From contig CAYPBP010000002.1 in NCBI GenBank assembly GCA_964408995.1, positions 32,491-96,490 on the forward strand: DNA of 64,000 nt, in the 5' to 3' direction. The DNA is from an uncultured Gammaproteobacteria bacterium. GTDB lineage: Bacteria; Patescibacteriota; Microgenomatia; UBA12405. Of this stretch, positions 30,997 through 41,103 are shown in pieces; the stretch's first letter is position 1, and the number at the start of each line of letters is the position of its first letter. The position numbers and the translations under genes were made by a program. The notes under the pieces are model-generated. The model was not told the DNA's origin. It saw only the letters and a program-made list of their open reading frames with translations, and searched no databases.

Positions 30997-31009
30997 AGTC
31001 TATTTTACC

Positions 31010-32053
31010 TTATTTTCTTAAAATTTTGGCTTTGAGACGAAGGAGTTTCCAGCGAACTTTATCAACAGTGTTATAAACTTTATATAAAGCTGGGTTGATA
31101 ATTAAATCAAAAGTACCCACATATTCGACTAATTGACCACCATATCCTTGTTTAAATCGATGAAAACCATAACCATTTTCGTTTTCTTTGGCCCTTGGAC
31201 CAAGACAGCCCCACATATCAAAAGATTTGCATTTTAATTTTTGACCAAGACGAATTACTTCCCACATTAACAAAGTTGGAGCCATGGCTTGTCGATTAAC
31301 ATCAAGAGAAGCACCATAAGGATAAAAAATCTTGTCCCCTACTTTAAATATCATAAAAGCAGAAAGAACTTGGTTTTGGTAAGAAGCCAACATAATGTGA
31401 ATCATGCCAGTGTCTTTTAATTTTTTCCATAAATCTCGATGGTATTGTTGAGAATGAAGATAGAAACCTTGGCGCTTGGTGGTGTCAAAAAGTAATTTTA
31501 AATAAATTTCAAAACCTTTGTCGTCAGTTTGCTCACGAACTTCAACACCATAACGATTGGCAACTCGAATATTGTAACGAGTTTTGGGATGCATTGATTC
31601 TAAAATTTGAGTTTCTGATTGATTTAAATTGACTAATAAATTGTGAGAGTAAAAAGCAACTTTAGGTGATTTTTTGAGATGACTAAAATGAGGTTTTTGA
31701 TTAACTAAAGTTTCATTGCCAAGACTATCAAAATTTTTATAAACAAAATTTGGCTCAAATTTTACAAAAATAGCTTTTTCTTGTTTGGCAATTTTTTTTA
31801 TTTCTTCAATCATTTGATCATCTATCTCTGGGCCACGAAGAATGGTGCCGATGGACAATTTGGTTTTAGGAATTCTATGGAAACTAATAGAATATGCAGA
31901 AACCATTTTTTCTTTATCATCAAAAACACCAAATCGATAGACTTTGTGGCCTTGAGAAGTTTGAAAATCTCCCCAATCCCAAGTTTGAACTGGATGCTTT
32001 ATCAAAGAATCATATTTTTCTTTGTCTTTAATATCCAAGATTTTAGTAAGCAT
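31010..32053 (-). CDS. FemABX-family lipid II aminoacyltransferase
   Basis: QTWDWGDF, RGP, KTRYNIR, YPYGAS, FKQGYGG. Confidence 0.9.
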   Translation of the reverse strand: MLTKILDIKDKEKYDSLIKHPVQTWDWGDFQTSQGHKVYRFGVFDDKEKMVSAYSISFHRIPKTKLSIGTILRGPEIDDQMIEEIKKIAKQEKAIFVKFEPNFVYKNFDSLGNETLVNQKPHFSHLKKSPKVAFYSHNLLVNLNQSETQILESMHPKTRYNIRVANRYGVEVREQTDDKGFEIYLKLLFDTTKRQGFYLHSQQYHRDLWKKLKDTGMIHIMLASYQNQVLSAFMIFKVGDKIFYPYGASLDVNRQAMAPTLLMWEVIRLGQKLKCKSFDMWGCLGPRAKENENGYGFHRFKQGYGGQLVEYVGTFDLIINPALYKVYNTVDKVRWKLLRLKAKILRK

Positions 32054-32069
32054 AATATAAGTTTATCAA

Positions 32070-32113
32070 AAAACCCTTTGGTACTTCGTACCACCTTTCC
32101 ATTGACAGGGCAC
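32070..32113 (+). repeat. Dispersed double-hairpin mini-element, family B (degenerate)
   Basis: aaaaccctt-tggtac-ttc-gtacca-cctttccattgacagggcac. Confidence 0.6.
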
Positions 32114-32129
32114 TTTTATTAATAGATAA

Positions 32130-34001
32130 TTATTCCCATTCGGTGGTGCCGGGTGGTTTGGAAGTTAAATCGTAGGCTATTCTGGAAATATTAGGAGTAT
32201 TTTTTAGTATCTCATTAACTAACTCCTCTAAAACTTCTTCTGGAATATCTTTGCCAGGTAGAGCTGGAACACCAGTCATAAAATCGTTAGTAATAAATGT
32301 TCTAATGGCAATCGAACGATTACCATTAACACTAAAAGCAATTGGGAAAGAGACAATGGGAACTTGAGATAAAGTTCTGACTAAAGAATGTTTAAATAAA
32401 ATTTTATTGGCAATATCATCGGCTGTTTGAAGTTGTTTAATAGTTTCTACATCAAGGTATGTTTGAGTAATTTCTTTTATTGGGCCATCAACTTTAGGAC
32501 CAAAAATATAAGCAACTCGATTAATTTGATGAATTTTTTTGGGGATTTCTTGAGCCAAAGCAAATAATTTACCCCAATCTTTTTTACCACTGATAGCAGC
32601 TAGATAGCTATAAGTTCGACCATCTCCTTGAACACCAACTGTTTGAATTGGAAGAAGGGTGACAGATAAATCAGTGGAACAATATTGTTTTAAGGATTCA
32701 TTGATAGCATCAAAATCATCAGTTATAAAAGGTTTATCGGCACAAATTATTCTGACAGCTAAGCCAGGACCGGGAAATGGTTGTCGCCAAACAAGTTCAA
32801 TGGGGATACCTAAGCTGGCACCCAAGGCTCTAACTTCATCTTTATGATAATCTTTTAATGGTTCAATTACTCTGCCCTCGTCTCTTAATTTTCTGACTTC
32901 TGGAGTGTCATTATGGTGAGTCTTAATAGTGGCAGCATTACCGCTGACAACATGAGAAGCACTTTCAATTAAGTCAGGTCTCAAAGTCCCCTGGGCCAAA
33001 ATAACATCTTTGGGATCTAGTTTTAAATCTTGGATAGCTTTTTTTGAAACTCTCATAAAAGTATCGCCAATAATGGCTCTTTTTTCTTCTGAGTTAGTGA
33101 TTTTTTTAAGAGGTCCGACTATTCTTCCTTTAAATTCAGAGGTGCCATTATAGAAATCATTTGAGGCATCAACGACAACTATATTAACTCCAATATCTTT
33201 TAAGATTTTTTTGACATTAACACTTTCATCTTTTCTCATGAAACCATTATCGATATGGAGAGCATAAATATTTTTTGGATCAATTGCTTTGGCTAATAGA
33301 ACTGCACAAACAGTTGAGTCAACTCCACCACTAACTAACATTAAAACTTTTTTATTACCAACTGCATTTTGAATATAATCAATGGCCTGTTTTTGACGAT
33401 CCTCAACCGTGTAATCACCACTAAAACCAGCAATGGAATACAAGAAATTTTTGATAATTTTTTTACCATTTAAACTTAAATCGACTTCTGGATGAAATTG
33501 AACACCATAGAGTTTTTTGGAAGGATTTTCAATGGCAGCAATAATATTATTGTTAGAAAAAGCAATGGCTTTGAAACCTGGGGCTAAAGTATCTGGGGTG
33601 ACACTGTCACCATGGCTCATAAGAACTTGTTCTTTTTTGTCTAATCCAGAAAATAAAGAAGAATCTGGATTAACATCAATAGTGCAAGGACCATCTTCTC
33701 TGGTGGTACCTTTAATGACTTTGCCACCACTTGAGTAATTCATTAATTGCATGCCATAACAAACTCCTAAAACTGGAATATCAAGAGAAAAAATATTTGG
33801 ATCATATTTAGGAGCATTATCATCATCAACACTGTTGGAACTACCAGAAATAATAATGGCTTTATAGTTTTTTAAAACAGATGAAGGAGTATCTAGGGGT
33901 AAAATTATTGATTCTACTCCAAACTCACGAGATCGACGGTCGATTACTTTACCATATTGAGCACCAGCATCAAGAATAGCTAATTTTTCATTATTTGACA
34001 T
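32130..34001 (-). CDS. guaA: GMP synthase (glutamine-hydrolysing), long eukaryote-like form
   Basis: GVCYGMQ, QFHPEV, SGGVDST, PFPGPGL, SKPPGTTEWE; 623 aa. Confidence 0.96.
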   Translation of the reverse strand: MSNNEKLAILDAGAQYGKVIDRRSREFGVESIILPLDTPSSVLKNYKAIIISGSSNSVDDDNAPKYDPNIFSLDIPVLGVCYGMQLMNYSSGGKVIKGTTREDGPCTIDVNPDSSLFSGLDKKEQVLMSHGDSVTPDTLAPGFKAIAFSNNNIIAAIENPSKKLYGVQFHPEVDLSLNGKKIIKNFLYSIAGFSGDYTVEDRQKQAIDYIQNAVGNKKVLMLVSGGVDSTVCAVLLAKAIDPKNIYALHIDNGFMRKDESVNVKKILKDIGVNIVVVDASNDFYNGTSEFKGRIVGPLKKITNSEEKRAIIGDTFMRVSKKAIQDLKLDPKDVILAQGTLRPDLIESASHVVSGNAATIKTHHNDTPEVRKLRDEGRVIEPLKDYHKDEVRALGASLGIPIELVWRQPFPGPGLAVRIICADKPFITDDFDAINESLKQYCSTDLSVTLLPIQTVGVQGDGRTYSYLAAISGKKDWGKLFALAQEIPKKIHQINRVAYIFGPKVDGPIKEITQTYLDVETIKQLQTADDIANKILFKHSLVRTLSQVPIVSFPIAFSVNGNRSIAIRTFITNDFMTGVPALPGKDIPEEVLEELVNEILKNTPNISRIAYDLTSKPPGTTEWE

Positions 34002-34044
34002 AAATTGATAGGAAATTTTATCACAGATCTGAGGCTAATAATTT

Positions 34045-35982
34045 TTAATAAATATCTGGGTCGTAGATGATGTCATCATCATTTCTTGATTTTGGGTGAC
34101 GATAATCACGAATAATTTCGATACTTTCTTCAAACTCAACTAAATCACCTGGGATATCTGCTAAAAAGCGACTTGGTTCGTTTAAACTGCTTTTGCCAAA
34201 AAACAAACGACGAGAGGCATAAGAAATATAAAGATAATCCTTGGCCCTGGTAATGCCCACATAACAAAGACGACGCTCTTCTTCTATTTGAGCTTCATCA
34301 ATTAAACATCTTGAATGAGGCAAAATTCCTTCTTCAAATCCAACCATAAAAACGACTTCAAACTCTAGACCTTTGGCGCTGTGAAGAGTCATTAATTTAA
34401 CTCCATCTCTGTTTTCTTTTTTCTTATTTTTTTCTTGAAGAGAATATTCTTGCTGGACTAAAGTTATGTTTTCTAAAAAGGCAGTTAAACTTGGATAAGC
34501 AGTGGCGACAGATTTTAATTCTTTAATATTTTCAATTCTCTTTTGATCTTCTTCATCTTTGGTATCGAATTTATCAAGATAACCAGAATTGACAACTAAA
34601 GATTCTAGAATTTGAAGAGAAGTTAAATTTTTTAAATCAATATTTTTTATATGTTCTAAAAGAAGAGATTTTTTACGTTTACCTAAAGCTTTTTGGATCC
34701 TTTCTTCGGAGATATGATCGGATGGATTACTGGTAAAACGAAGCATGGATAAAATATCTTTGACTTCGGCTCGCTCGTAGAAACGAATGCCACCTAATAA
34801 AACATAAGGGATATTAAGTCGTAAAAAAGCTTCTTCCAAAACACGAGACTGAGCATTCATTCGATAAAGAACAGCCATATTCCTTAATGGAATTTTCATA
34901 TTATCATTGATGAATTTTATTTTTTGAGCAATAAAATCAGATTCAGCAACTTCGGATTCGGCTTCAAAAATTTTGATTTTATCTTGGGAAAACTTTTTGG
35001 TAAATAATTTTAAAATTGGATGAGAATTATTTTTGGAAATAACTGAATTGGCAGCATCGAGAATAATCTGAGTCGAACGATAATTTTCTTCGAGATTAAT
35101 AACTTTAGTATTTTTAAAATCAGCAGTAAAACTAATAAGATTACGATAATCGGCTCCACGCCAACCATAGATGGCTTGAGAAGCATCGCCGACAACTGTA
35201 ATTTGTTTATATTTTTGAGCTAAAAGCTTGGTTAAAAGATATTGGATTTGATTGGTGTCTTGATACTCATCAACCATAATGAATTTATAGATTTCTTGAT
35301 ACTTAGCTAAAACCTGTGGATGTTCTAAAAATAATTCAACTGTTTTAAATAAAAGATCATTAAAATCGAGAGCATGAAATTCAAATAATTTTTTTTGATA
35401 AAGAGAGTAAATTTTACTGGCATAATCTTGCCAAAAACCATGGCTTTGAGCAATCATATCTTTTGGAGTTTGAAAAGAATTTTTAGCGGCTTCGATGTAA
35501 TAGAGAACACTTGATGGTTTAAATTCTTTGGTAGTTAGTCCTAATTCGTGAAGAATATTTTTAATTAAATTTTCTTGATCATTAGAATCGTAAATAACAA
35601 AAGTTGGAGGAATGCCAATATTGTTACCATCAATTCTTAAAACTCGACAACAAAAAGAATGAAAAGTTCCCGCCGACAGCTTCGCAGTCTTGGCGGGCAG
35701 GCCCGCTTCGTATCCAGATTTGGCGGGCAAACCGACTTTATTTTTTTCTTTTGAAATTAATTGTTCCATTCTCTTTTTCATTTCATCAGCGGCTTTGTTG
35801 GTGAAAGTTAAAAGTAAAACTTCTGATGGTTTAGCAATTTTTTGTTGGATGAAATAAGCCACCCGATGAGTTAGAACACGAGTTTTACCTGAGCCAGCAC
35901 CAGCCAATAGAAGCAAGGGTGAACCAATATGAGTCACCGCTTCTTTTTGAGGTGGATTTAAACCGTCTAGAATATTAACCAT
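34045..35982 (-). CDS. pcrA: PcrA/UvrD DNA helicase
   Basis: AGAGSGKT, DEYQDTN, QAIYGWRGAD, TLHSAKGLEF, EERRLCYVGITRA. Confidence 0.93.
   Translation of the reverse strand: MVNILDGLNPPQKEAVTHIGSPLLLLAGAGSGKTRVLTHRVAYFIQQKIAKPSEVLLLTFTNKAADEMKKRMEQLISKEKNKVGLPAKSGYEAGLPAKTAKLSAGTFHSFCCRVLRIDGNNIGIPPTFVIYDSNDQENLIKNILHELGLTTKEFKPSSVLYYIEAAKNSFQTPKDMIAQSHGFWQDYASKIYSLYQKKLFEFHALDFNDLLFKTVELFLEHPQVLAKYQEIYKFIMVDEYQDTNQIQYLLTKLLAQKYKQITVVGDASQAIYGWRGADYRNLISFTADFKNTKVINLEENYRSTQIILDAANSVISKNNSHPILKLFTKKFSQDKIKIFEAESEVAESDFIAQKIKFINDNMKIPLRNMAVLYRMNAQSRVLEEAFLRLNIPYVLLGGIRFYERAEVKDILSMLRFTSNPSDHISEERIQKALGKRKKSLLLEHIKNIDLKNLTSLQILESLVVNSGYLDKFDTKDEEDQKRIENIKELKSVATAYPSLTAFLENITLVQQEYSLQEKNKKKENRDGVKLMTLHSAKGLEFEVVFMVGFEEGILPHSRCLIDEAQIEEERRLCYVGITRAKDYLYISYASRRLFFGKSSLNEPSRFLADIPGDLVEFEESIEIIRDYRHPKSRNDDDIIYDPDIY
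35669..35733. repeat. Tandem GC-rich hairpins inserted in frame in pcrA
   Basis: cccgcc...ggcggg-cagg-cccgc...ggcggg-caaacc; encodes GLPAK twice. Confidence 0.7.
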
Positions 35983-35994
35983 GAGTAGAATTAA

Positions 35995-38094
35995 CTATAG
36001 TTGGTAAAGCTTAGTTTTACCAGACTGAAAAATAACTTGAGCGCCTATTTTTTGAAAATTAGATTCATTTAAGTTGGGATATTTTTCATATTCTTTGGTG
36101 CCAACAAAAATATATTTAATATTATATTTTTGAATTAAACTTTTTAATATATCAATATCTTTACTTTCATAGATAGATTCAACATCGTTTTGACGCTGTT
36201 TTGGTTTGTCATAGCCACCACGCCAAAGCCATTCATGAACAATCCAACCTTGGACTGTTGGTAAACCAGTATTAACAGAAACTTGATTGAAAGTAGTGTA
36301 ACTATCACCAACTGCTTCAAGCATTACTGGTTGACCAGATATATTTTGATTAATCCAATTGATAACTTTAAAATTATCTGGATAATCATTTTTTAAATAA
36401 TTTAATCCCCATAAACCTTTGTAATCTTTTAGACTATAAAAAGATTTAATAGCAAAATAAGGATAGATTAAATGAATAGCAAAAATTAAAGTGAATAATA
36501 TTCCATATAAAGTTTTAAGCCATTTTGATTTTAATAATAATCTGGTTTTATAAAAAACATAACCAGAGACTAAAGAGTACATAATAAAGGCTTGGTAAGT
36601 TAATTTAAACATGGTATTAGCTCGACGATATTCATTAATATAAATATCTTTTAGATAAATTAACTCTGGAATAAAGACTAAAATAGTAGCAGTAATAATA
36701 ACAGCTAAGATAAATAAATCAGAATTAAATAAATTTCTAATTTCTAATTTCCAATTTTTAAAAAAGAATTTTTTAATAAATAAAAATATTAATGGTAAAC
36801 AAATTAACCAAAAACCACCATATAAAATAAACAATTGATAAAAAGGAGTATGACTATCAGCGATATTAATACCCTCGCCCATGGGAATAAAATTTAGGGA
36901 AAAAGGAATAGAAAAAATAAACCAACAAAGAATAGTTAAAAATCCATTGATAAGTGTTTTTTTAAGAGCAGTTTTATAATCATTTTTTAAATTTAAAAAT
37001 AAAGTAAAAATAGCAAAGAGAAGACCGTAAATGGCAAAGTCCCAAGCATTGGTCATATAAGCAATTGAAAGATTAAAACCAGAAATAATAACTAAAGAAA
37101 AATTAATTAATGAAAATCCAACAAAACTAGAAGCAATTAAAAAAGCCATAAAAAATAAAATGATAGGAATGTCATTCATATGACCATGAAGATCGGCAAC
37201 TATAAAACTATAAGCAGGGAATTCATGGATTGTTTTATCTTGAGTCTCGGGATCATAACCAATAAAACGAGTGGCATCTGGATACCAATAAGTATTGGCT
37301 GATTCTAAAATAGCTGATTTGGTTAAAACTAATTTTTCATTATTTTTAATATTTGTTTTGGCAATTTTATAAACAGAGTGAAGGTTGCCACCAAAAGTTA
37401 GAAGTAAGACCGAAATAAGACCAGCGATAATTATTTTTTGAAAGTTAATTTTTTTTAAAGACAAAAAAACTAAATTAGAAGCGATAGAAAAAGTGGAAGA
37501 AAAAGTTAGGGCACAAACAGTGGCAATTGAAAGATTGTAAGTAATAGCTGAACTGATATTACTTAATTTAGTAAGAACGGCAAAAATGAGATGACCAAAA
37601 TAGTAGTAATTAATAACTTCACCAGAAAACCACATATCTTGAGGTGGTAAAAATTTTGACCTTAAAGCAGAATTGACAAATCCCCAATCCATGAATTTTT
37701 CAAGACCTTCTATGTCTGGAGCAAATCCCCTGACCAAAGACCAAGTAAATAAAATTAATAAGAAAACTATTTCTTGAAAAATAAAAGTTTTGTAATTGGC
37801 TTTGATTGTTTTTAGAAAGTTTGAGAAACGATTTTTGGATTTAAGAAAAATAACATTGACTATTAAAATTGAAAATATTATTAAAATTAAAAAAATATTA
37901 GTAAATGGCAAAAGCTTAAAAACTCCACCGATGAAAACTAAATAAGTTAAAACAATAATAGAAATAACTTTTGAAAAGATGTAACCCTTATCCCAAAATT
38001 TATTAAAAAGATAAAAAGTGACAGGTAAGGAAATTAGACCTAGTCCAAAAATCAAAAAGTACCAAGAAAAAATAAAACTAAAATCGGCTAACAT
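35995..38094 (-). CDS. DUF2298 / Chlor_Arch_YYY polytopic membrane protein (probable GT-C fold)
   Basis: EKFMD, PPQDMWFSG, INYYYFGH, IHEFP, DLHGH, RANTMFK, GLPTVQGWIVHEWLWR. Confidence 0.85.
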   Translation of the reverse strand: MLADFSFIFSWYFLIFGLGLISLPVTFYLFNKFWDKGYIFSKVISIIVLTYLVFIGGVFKLLPFTNIFLILIIFSILIVNVIFLKSKNRFSNFLKTIKANYKTFIFQEIVFLLILFTWSLVRGFAPDIEGLEKFMDWGFVNSALRSKFLPPQDMWFSGEVINYYYFGHLIFAVLTKLSNISSAITYNLSIATVCALTFSSTFSIASNLVFLSLKKINFQKIIIAGLISVLLLTFGGNLHSVYKIAKTNIKNNEKLVLTKSAILESANTYWYPDATRFIGYDPETQDKTIHEFPAYSFIVADLHGHMNDIPIILFFMAFLIASSFVGFSLINFSLVIISGFNLSIAYMTNAWDFAIYGLLFAIFTLFLNLKNDYKTALKKTLINGFLTILCWFIFSIPFSLNFIPMGEGINIADSHTPFYQLFILYGGFWLICLPLIFLFIKKFFFKNWKLEIRNLFNSDLFILAVIITATILVFIPELIYLKDIYINEYRRANTMFKLTYQAFIMYSLVSGYVFYKTRLLLKSKWLKTLYGILFTLIFAIHLIYPYFAIKSFYSLKDYKGLWGLNYLKNDYPDNFKVINWINQNISGQPVMLEAVGDSYTTFNQVSVNTGLPTVQGWIVHEWLWRGGYDKPKQRQNDVESIYESKDIDILKSLIQKYNIKYIFVGTKEYEKYPNLNESNFQKIGAQVIFQSGKTKLYQL

Positions 38095-38096
38095 AA

Positions 38097-38672
38097 TTAT
38101 TTAATAAAAAATACAAAATTAAAAACAGTTCTGATTATTTCATTTAAAAAATCTGGGAAAAATAAATTTCTAGTTATGAACCAAATAATAATTCCAAACA
38201 AGATTCCACCAAGCATGTCTATTGGGTAATGAAAACCAGCTAAGACCCTAAAAGTGAGAAGTGGTATGACTATAATGAAAAATAAAGGTAATGAAATAAC
38301 TTGAGTAGAAATGATGAATAATAAAAAGAAAATTGTTTTTGTGGTGTGACCTGAAGGAAAAGAACCTGAGTAATACCAATTATTAACTAAACCAATTGGA
38401 GCAATTGAACGACGATTGAACATAGGACGAATCCAATATTTTTGTTTTTTCAAATATCTTTCGACTGTTTCAGCAATAACTGTGGCGATAAAAAGACGGC
38501 CAAAGAAATTAATATCAAAACTAATTAATTTATAAGAAATAAAGAAAAAGAATAACCAAATAGAGTAATTCAAAACAATCAAAGAAAACTCGCCTAATAA
38601 ATTGCGTTCAAAAATAGTTAAACAATCTTTTTTTGGTTGCCAAAAAATAAGCTTTTTTAGGTTTAAAGACAC
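38097..38672 (-). CDS. PAP2-family lipid phosphatase
   Basis: KxxxxxxRP, SFPSGH, RVLAGFHYPID motifs. Confidence 0.9.
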   Translation of the reverse strand: MSLNLKKLIFWQPKKDCLTIFERNLLGEFSLIVLNYSIWLFFFFISYKLISFDINFFGRLFIATVIAETVERYLKKQKYWIRPMFNRRSIAPIGLVNNWYYSGSFPSGHTTKTIFFLLFIISTQVISLPLFFIIVIPLLTFRVLAGFHYPIDMLGGILFGIIIWFITRNLFFPDFLNEIIRTVFNFVFFIK

Positions 38673-38696
38673 ATAAACAGTTTACCATAAAGGTTA

Positions 38697-40496
38697 TTAT
38701 TTAAACTTTTTGAAAATAATTACTTTGGGATGATCGTAGACTGAAAAAGCCTCTTCAGCAATATCATCACGAAGATAAACTCCAGGATAAAGACAAGTAT
38801 TATCAACTTCAAACCATTTATTTTTAGTTTGAGAATAGGGAAAGTTGGTTGGCCCAATATAAATACAATTTTTTAAAAATGGAAGGGATAGGCCAGGATA
38901 AGAGTTAAATTCAATTTCTTTTTTGAAATCTGATTTGCCGTCAAAAAGATCTTGATAATATTTGGTAGCAATTGGATATCTGTTTGGAACAAGAGGAATA
39001 GAAGACCAGAGACGATTGGAAGTAAGAAAAATATAATCAGTCTTTTTTAAGGTTGAATTTATTTTTTGCCATTTTTCAGAAGTATCCGGATCATAAAGAT
39101 GAAGATTTTGGTTTTGGTAAGGATTAAAAGATAGAGGTAAAGCATCATCCCAATATTCATTGGCGATAGTTGAGGATGATGGAATATTTTTATAAATCCA
39201 ATTTGAGGCTTGAACGCGAGAGTGAGGTCGAGTGTAGATTGATATAAAGATAATGGCATAAGAAAAATGAAAGAACAAAATAAGATAAAGTATTTTTTTT
39301 GATAAATTATTTTGAAAGATTAAAGTGACAATTATGGTTATAAATGGATATATGACCAAGAAATATCTCATAGTAGCAGTGAACTGATTGCCTTGTTGTA
39401 TGAAAAGAAAAATAGTCCAAAAAATACAAAGGAAAATTGTAAAATTTTTAGAATTTAAAAATATTTTCTTAAAAACCCTCTTGTTGTCCCGCAGATGCGG
39501 GACAACTTTCTCCCTTAAAAAAGGAGACGTTATTTTTTGATATATATATTTTATAAAAAACAAAAGAAAAACAAAAGATAAAGGTAAACCTAGTCCCCAT
39601 AAAACAATATTTTTTAGCGGATATAAAATTGGAGTTTTACTGAGCCATTGAATTTCTGGGGGATAAAAAACATCTTTATTAATTAAAATTGATTTTAAAT
39701 ATACAAGACTTTTTATAAAGTCTGGATTAATCTTAATTAAAGAAATGAAACTATATGGCTGAAAAATACGAAAAACAATAAAAGAAATAAAAAGAGATAT
39801 AAATATTTTTAAAAAGATAAGAGTCTTCTTTTTAAAAATTTGATAAATAAAAAACAATAAAATAACAGGAGAAAAAAGAAATGCAGAAATTTTACAAGTT
39901 AAACTTAGACCAAAGGTAATAGAAGCAAAAATTAAAAAAATATTCTTATTAGTTTTTAGCCAATAAGAAAAACAAACAAATGATAGTAATATAAAAAAAG
40001 TAAGAAAAGTATCAACGGCAAAAAAATGTGAAAGTTGAATTGGCAAAACAGTAAAAGCATAAAGTAAACTTGGTAAAAATAAGAAAAACTTTTTGTTTTT
40101 GGAAATGAATAATTTTGCTAGAAAATATAAACTGAAAATATTGAGGGAATCAAAAACAGATGATAAAGCGCGACCTAATAAATGAATTTTGTCATAGCCT
40201 TCTATATTAAAAATATTACCCAATGTTTTAACTAAAAATAATGGGAAGGTGCCATAAACAAAAAAATTAAATTGTTGATAATTAAACGGATTTAAGGGTG
40301 AAGATTTGGTATCAAAATATTGAACAATGGAACTGGGAAATTCAATCGTAGAAATTATCATGGTTAAAAATCTTTCGTCTGGATGAAGATGCTGATTTTG
40401 ATCCCAATTTAGTCCAAAGAGACGAATTGATAGAGCTAAACAAAAGATAATAAAAACTATAAAAAGATGATGATTAAATATTTTTTTGACAAACAT
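38697..40496 (-). CDS. GT-C (PMT/ArnT-like) glycosyltransferase
   Basis: Multi-TM; GLNWD..HLHPDER, YGTFP, QLSHFFAVD, YDHP. Confidence 0.85.
   Translation of the reverse strand: MFVKKIFNHHLFIVFIIFCLALSIRLFGLNWDQNQHLHPDERFLTMIISTIEFPSSIVQYFDTKSSPLNPFNYQQFNFFVYGTFPLFLVKTLGNIFNIEGYDKIHLLGRALSSVFDSLNIFSLYFLAKLFISKNKKFFLFLPSLLYAFTVLPIQLSHFFAVDTFLTFFILLSFVCFSYWLKTNKNIFLIFASITFGLSLTCKISAFLFSPVILLFFIYQIFKKKTLIFLKIFISLFISFIVFRIFQPYSFISLIKINPDFIKSLVYLKSILINKDVFYPPEIQWLSKTPILYPLKNIVLWGLGLPLSFVFLLFFIKYIYQKITSPFLREKVVPHLRDNKRVFKKIFLNSKNFTIFLCIFWTIFLFIQQGNQFTATMRYFLVIYPFITIIVTLIFQNNLSKKILYLILFFHFSYAIIFISIYTRPHSRVQASNWIYKNIPSSSTIANEYWDDALPLSFNPYQNQNLHLYDPDTSEKWQKINSTLKKTDYIFLTSNRLWSSIPLVPNRYPIATKYYQDLFDGKSDFKKEIEFNSYPGLSLPFLKNCIYIGPTNFPYSQTKNKWFEVDNTCLYPGVYLRDDIAEEAFSVYDHPKVIIFKKFK
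39472..39528 (+). repeat. Family B mini-element inserted in frame in the GT-C gene
   Basis: aaaaccctc-tt-gttgtcccgca-ga-tgcgggacaac-tttctccc-ttaaaaaa-ggagac; GC-rich island in a very AT-rich ORF. Confidence 0.75.
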
Positions 40497-41103
40497 AAAA
40501 TACGTGAGGGTAAAAAAGACTAAAATATTTACCTTGTTTAATTATTTTAAAATTATTTTTTATTAATAGACTTTCTAATTGTAAATCAGATAGAAAATAA
40601 AGTGAAGAAAATTTGGTCATAATTAAATCGTGAATATAATTCCAATAGTATTTTAAAAGTGGTTTTGTGTTTATATCTTTGATAATTAAAAGTCCGTTTT
40701 TATTAAGCTTAAAAAAAGAATCTTTTAAAAAGATATTTTTTTGAGATGAATTAATGTGATGAAGTAAATCAATGGCAACAATAGCATCAAATTTTGATTG
40801 ATTATTGTCAATTAGATTTGAAGTTTCAAAAGAAATATTAGTTATGTTAGAAGAAACTTTTTTGGCCAAGGCAACCCTTACGGGGTTTAACTCTAGACCA
40901 ATAACTTTTCTTTTTTTGTTTTTGGCAAAAAATATTGAAGTAAATCCATATCCACAACCAACATCTAGAATATAACCTTTTTGAGGTAAAAGTTTATCTA
41001 TTTTTAAAACAGGCAAAATAATAAATCTAAGAAAAACATAAATTCTTGGCCAAAGAAATGGATATAAATTAATTATTGGAAAATATTTTTTGATAGTCAT
41101 CAT
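40474..41103 (-). CDS. Class I SAM-dependent methyltransferase
   Basis: ILDVGCGYG, DLLHH. Confidence 0.9.
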   Translation of the reverse strand: MMTIKKYFPIINLYPFLWPRIYVFLRFIILPVLKIDKLLPQKGYILDVGCGYGFTSIFFAKNKKRKVIGLELNPVRVALAKKVSSNITNISFETSNLIDNNQSKFDAIVAIDLLHHINSSQKNIFLKDSFFKLNKNGLLIIKDINTKPLLKYYWNYIHDLIMTKFSSLYFLSDLQLESLLIKNNFKIIKQGKYFSLFYPHVFYVCQKNI

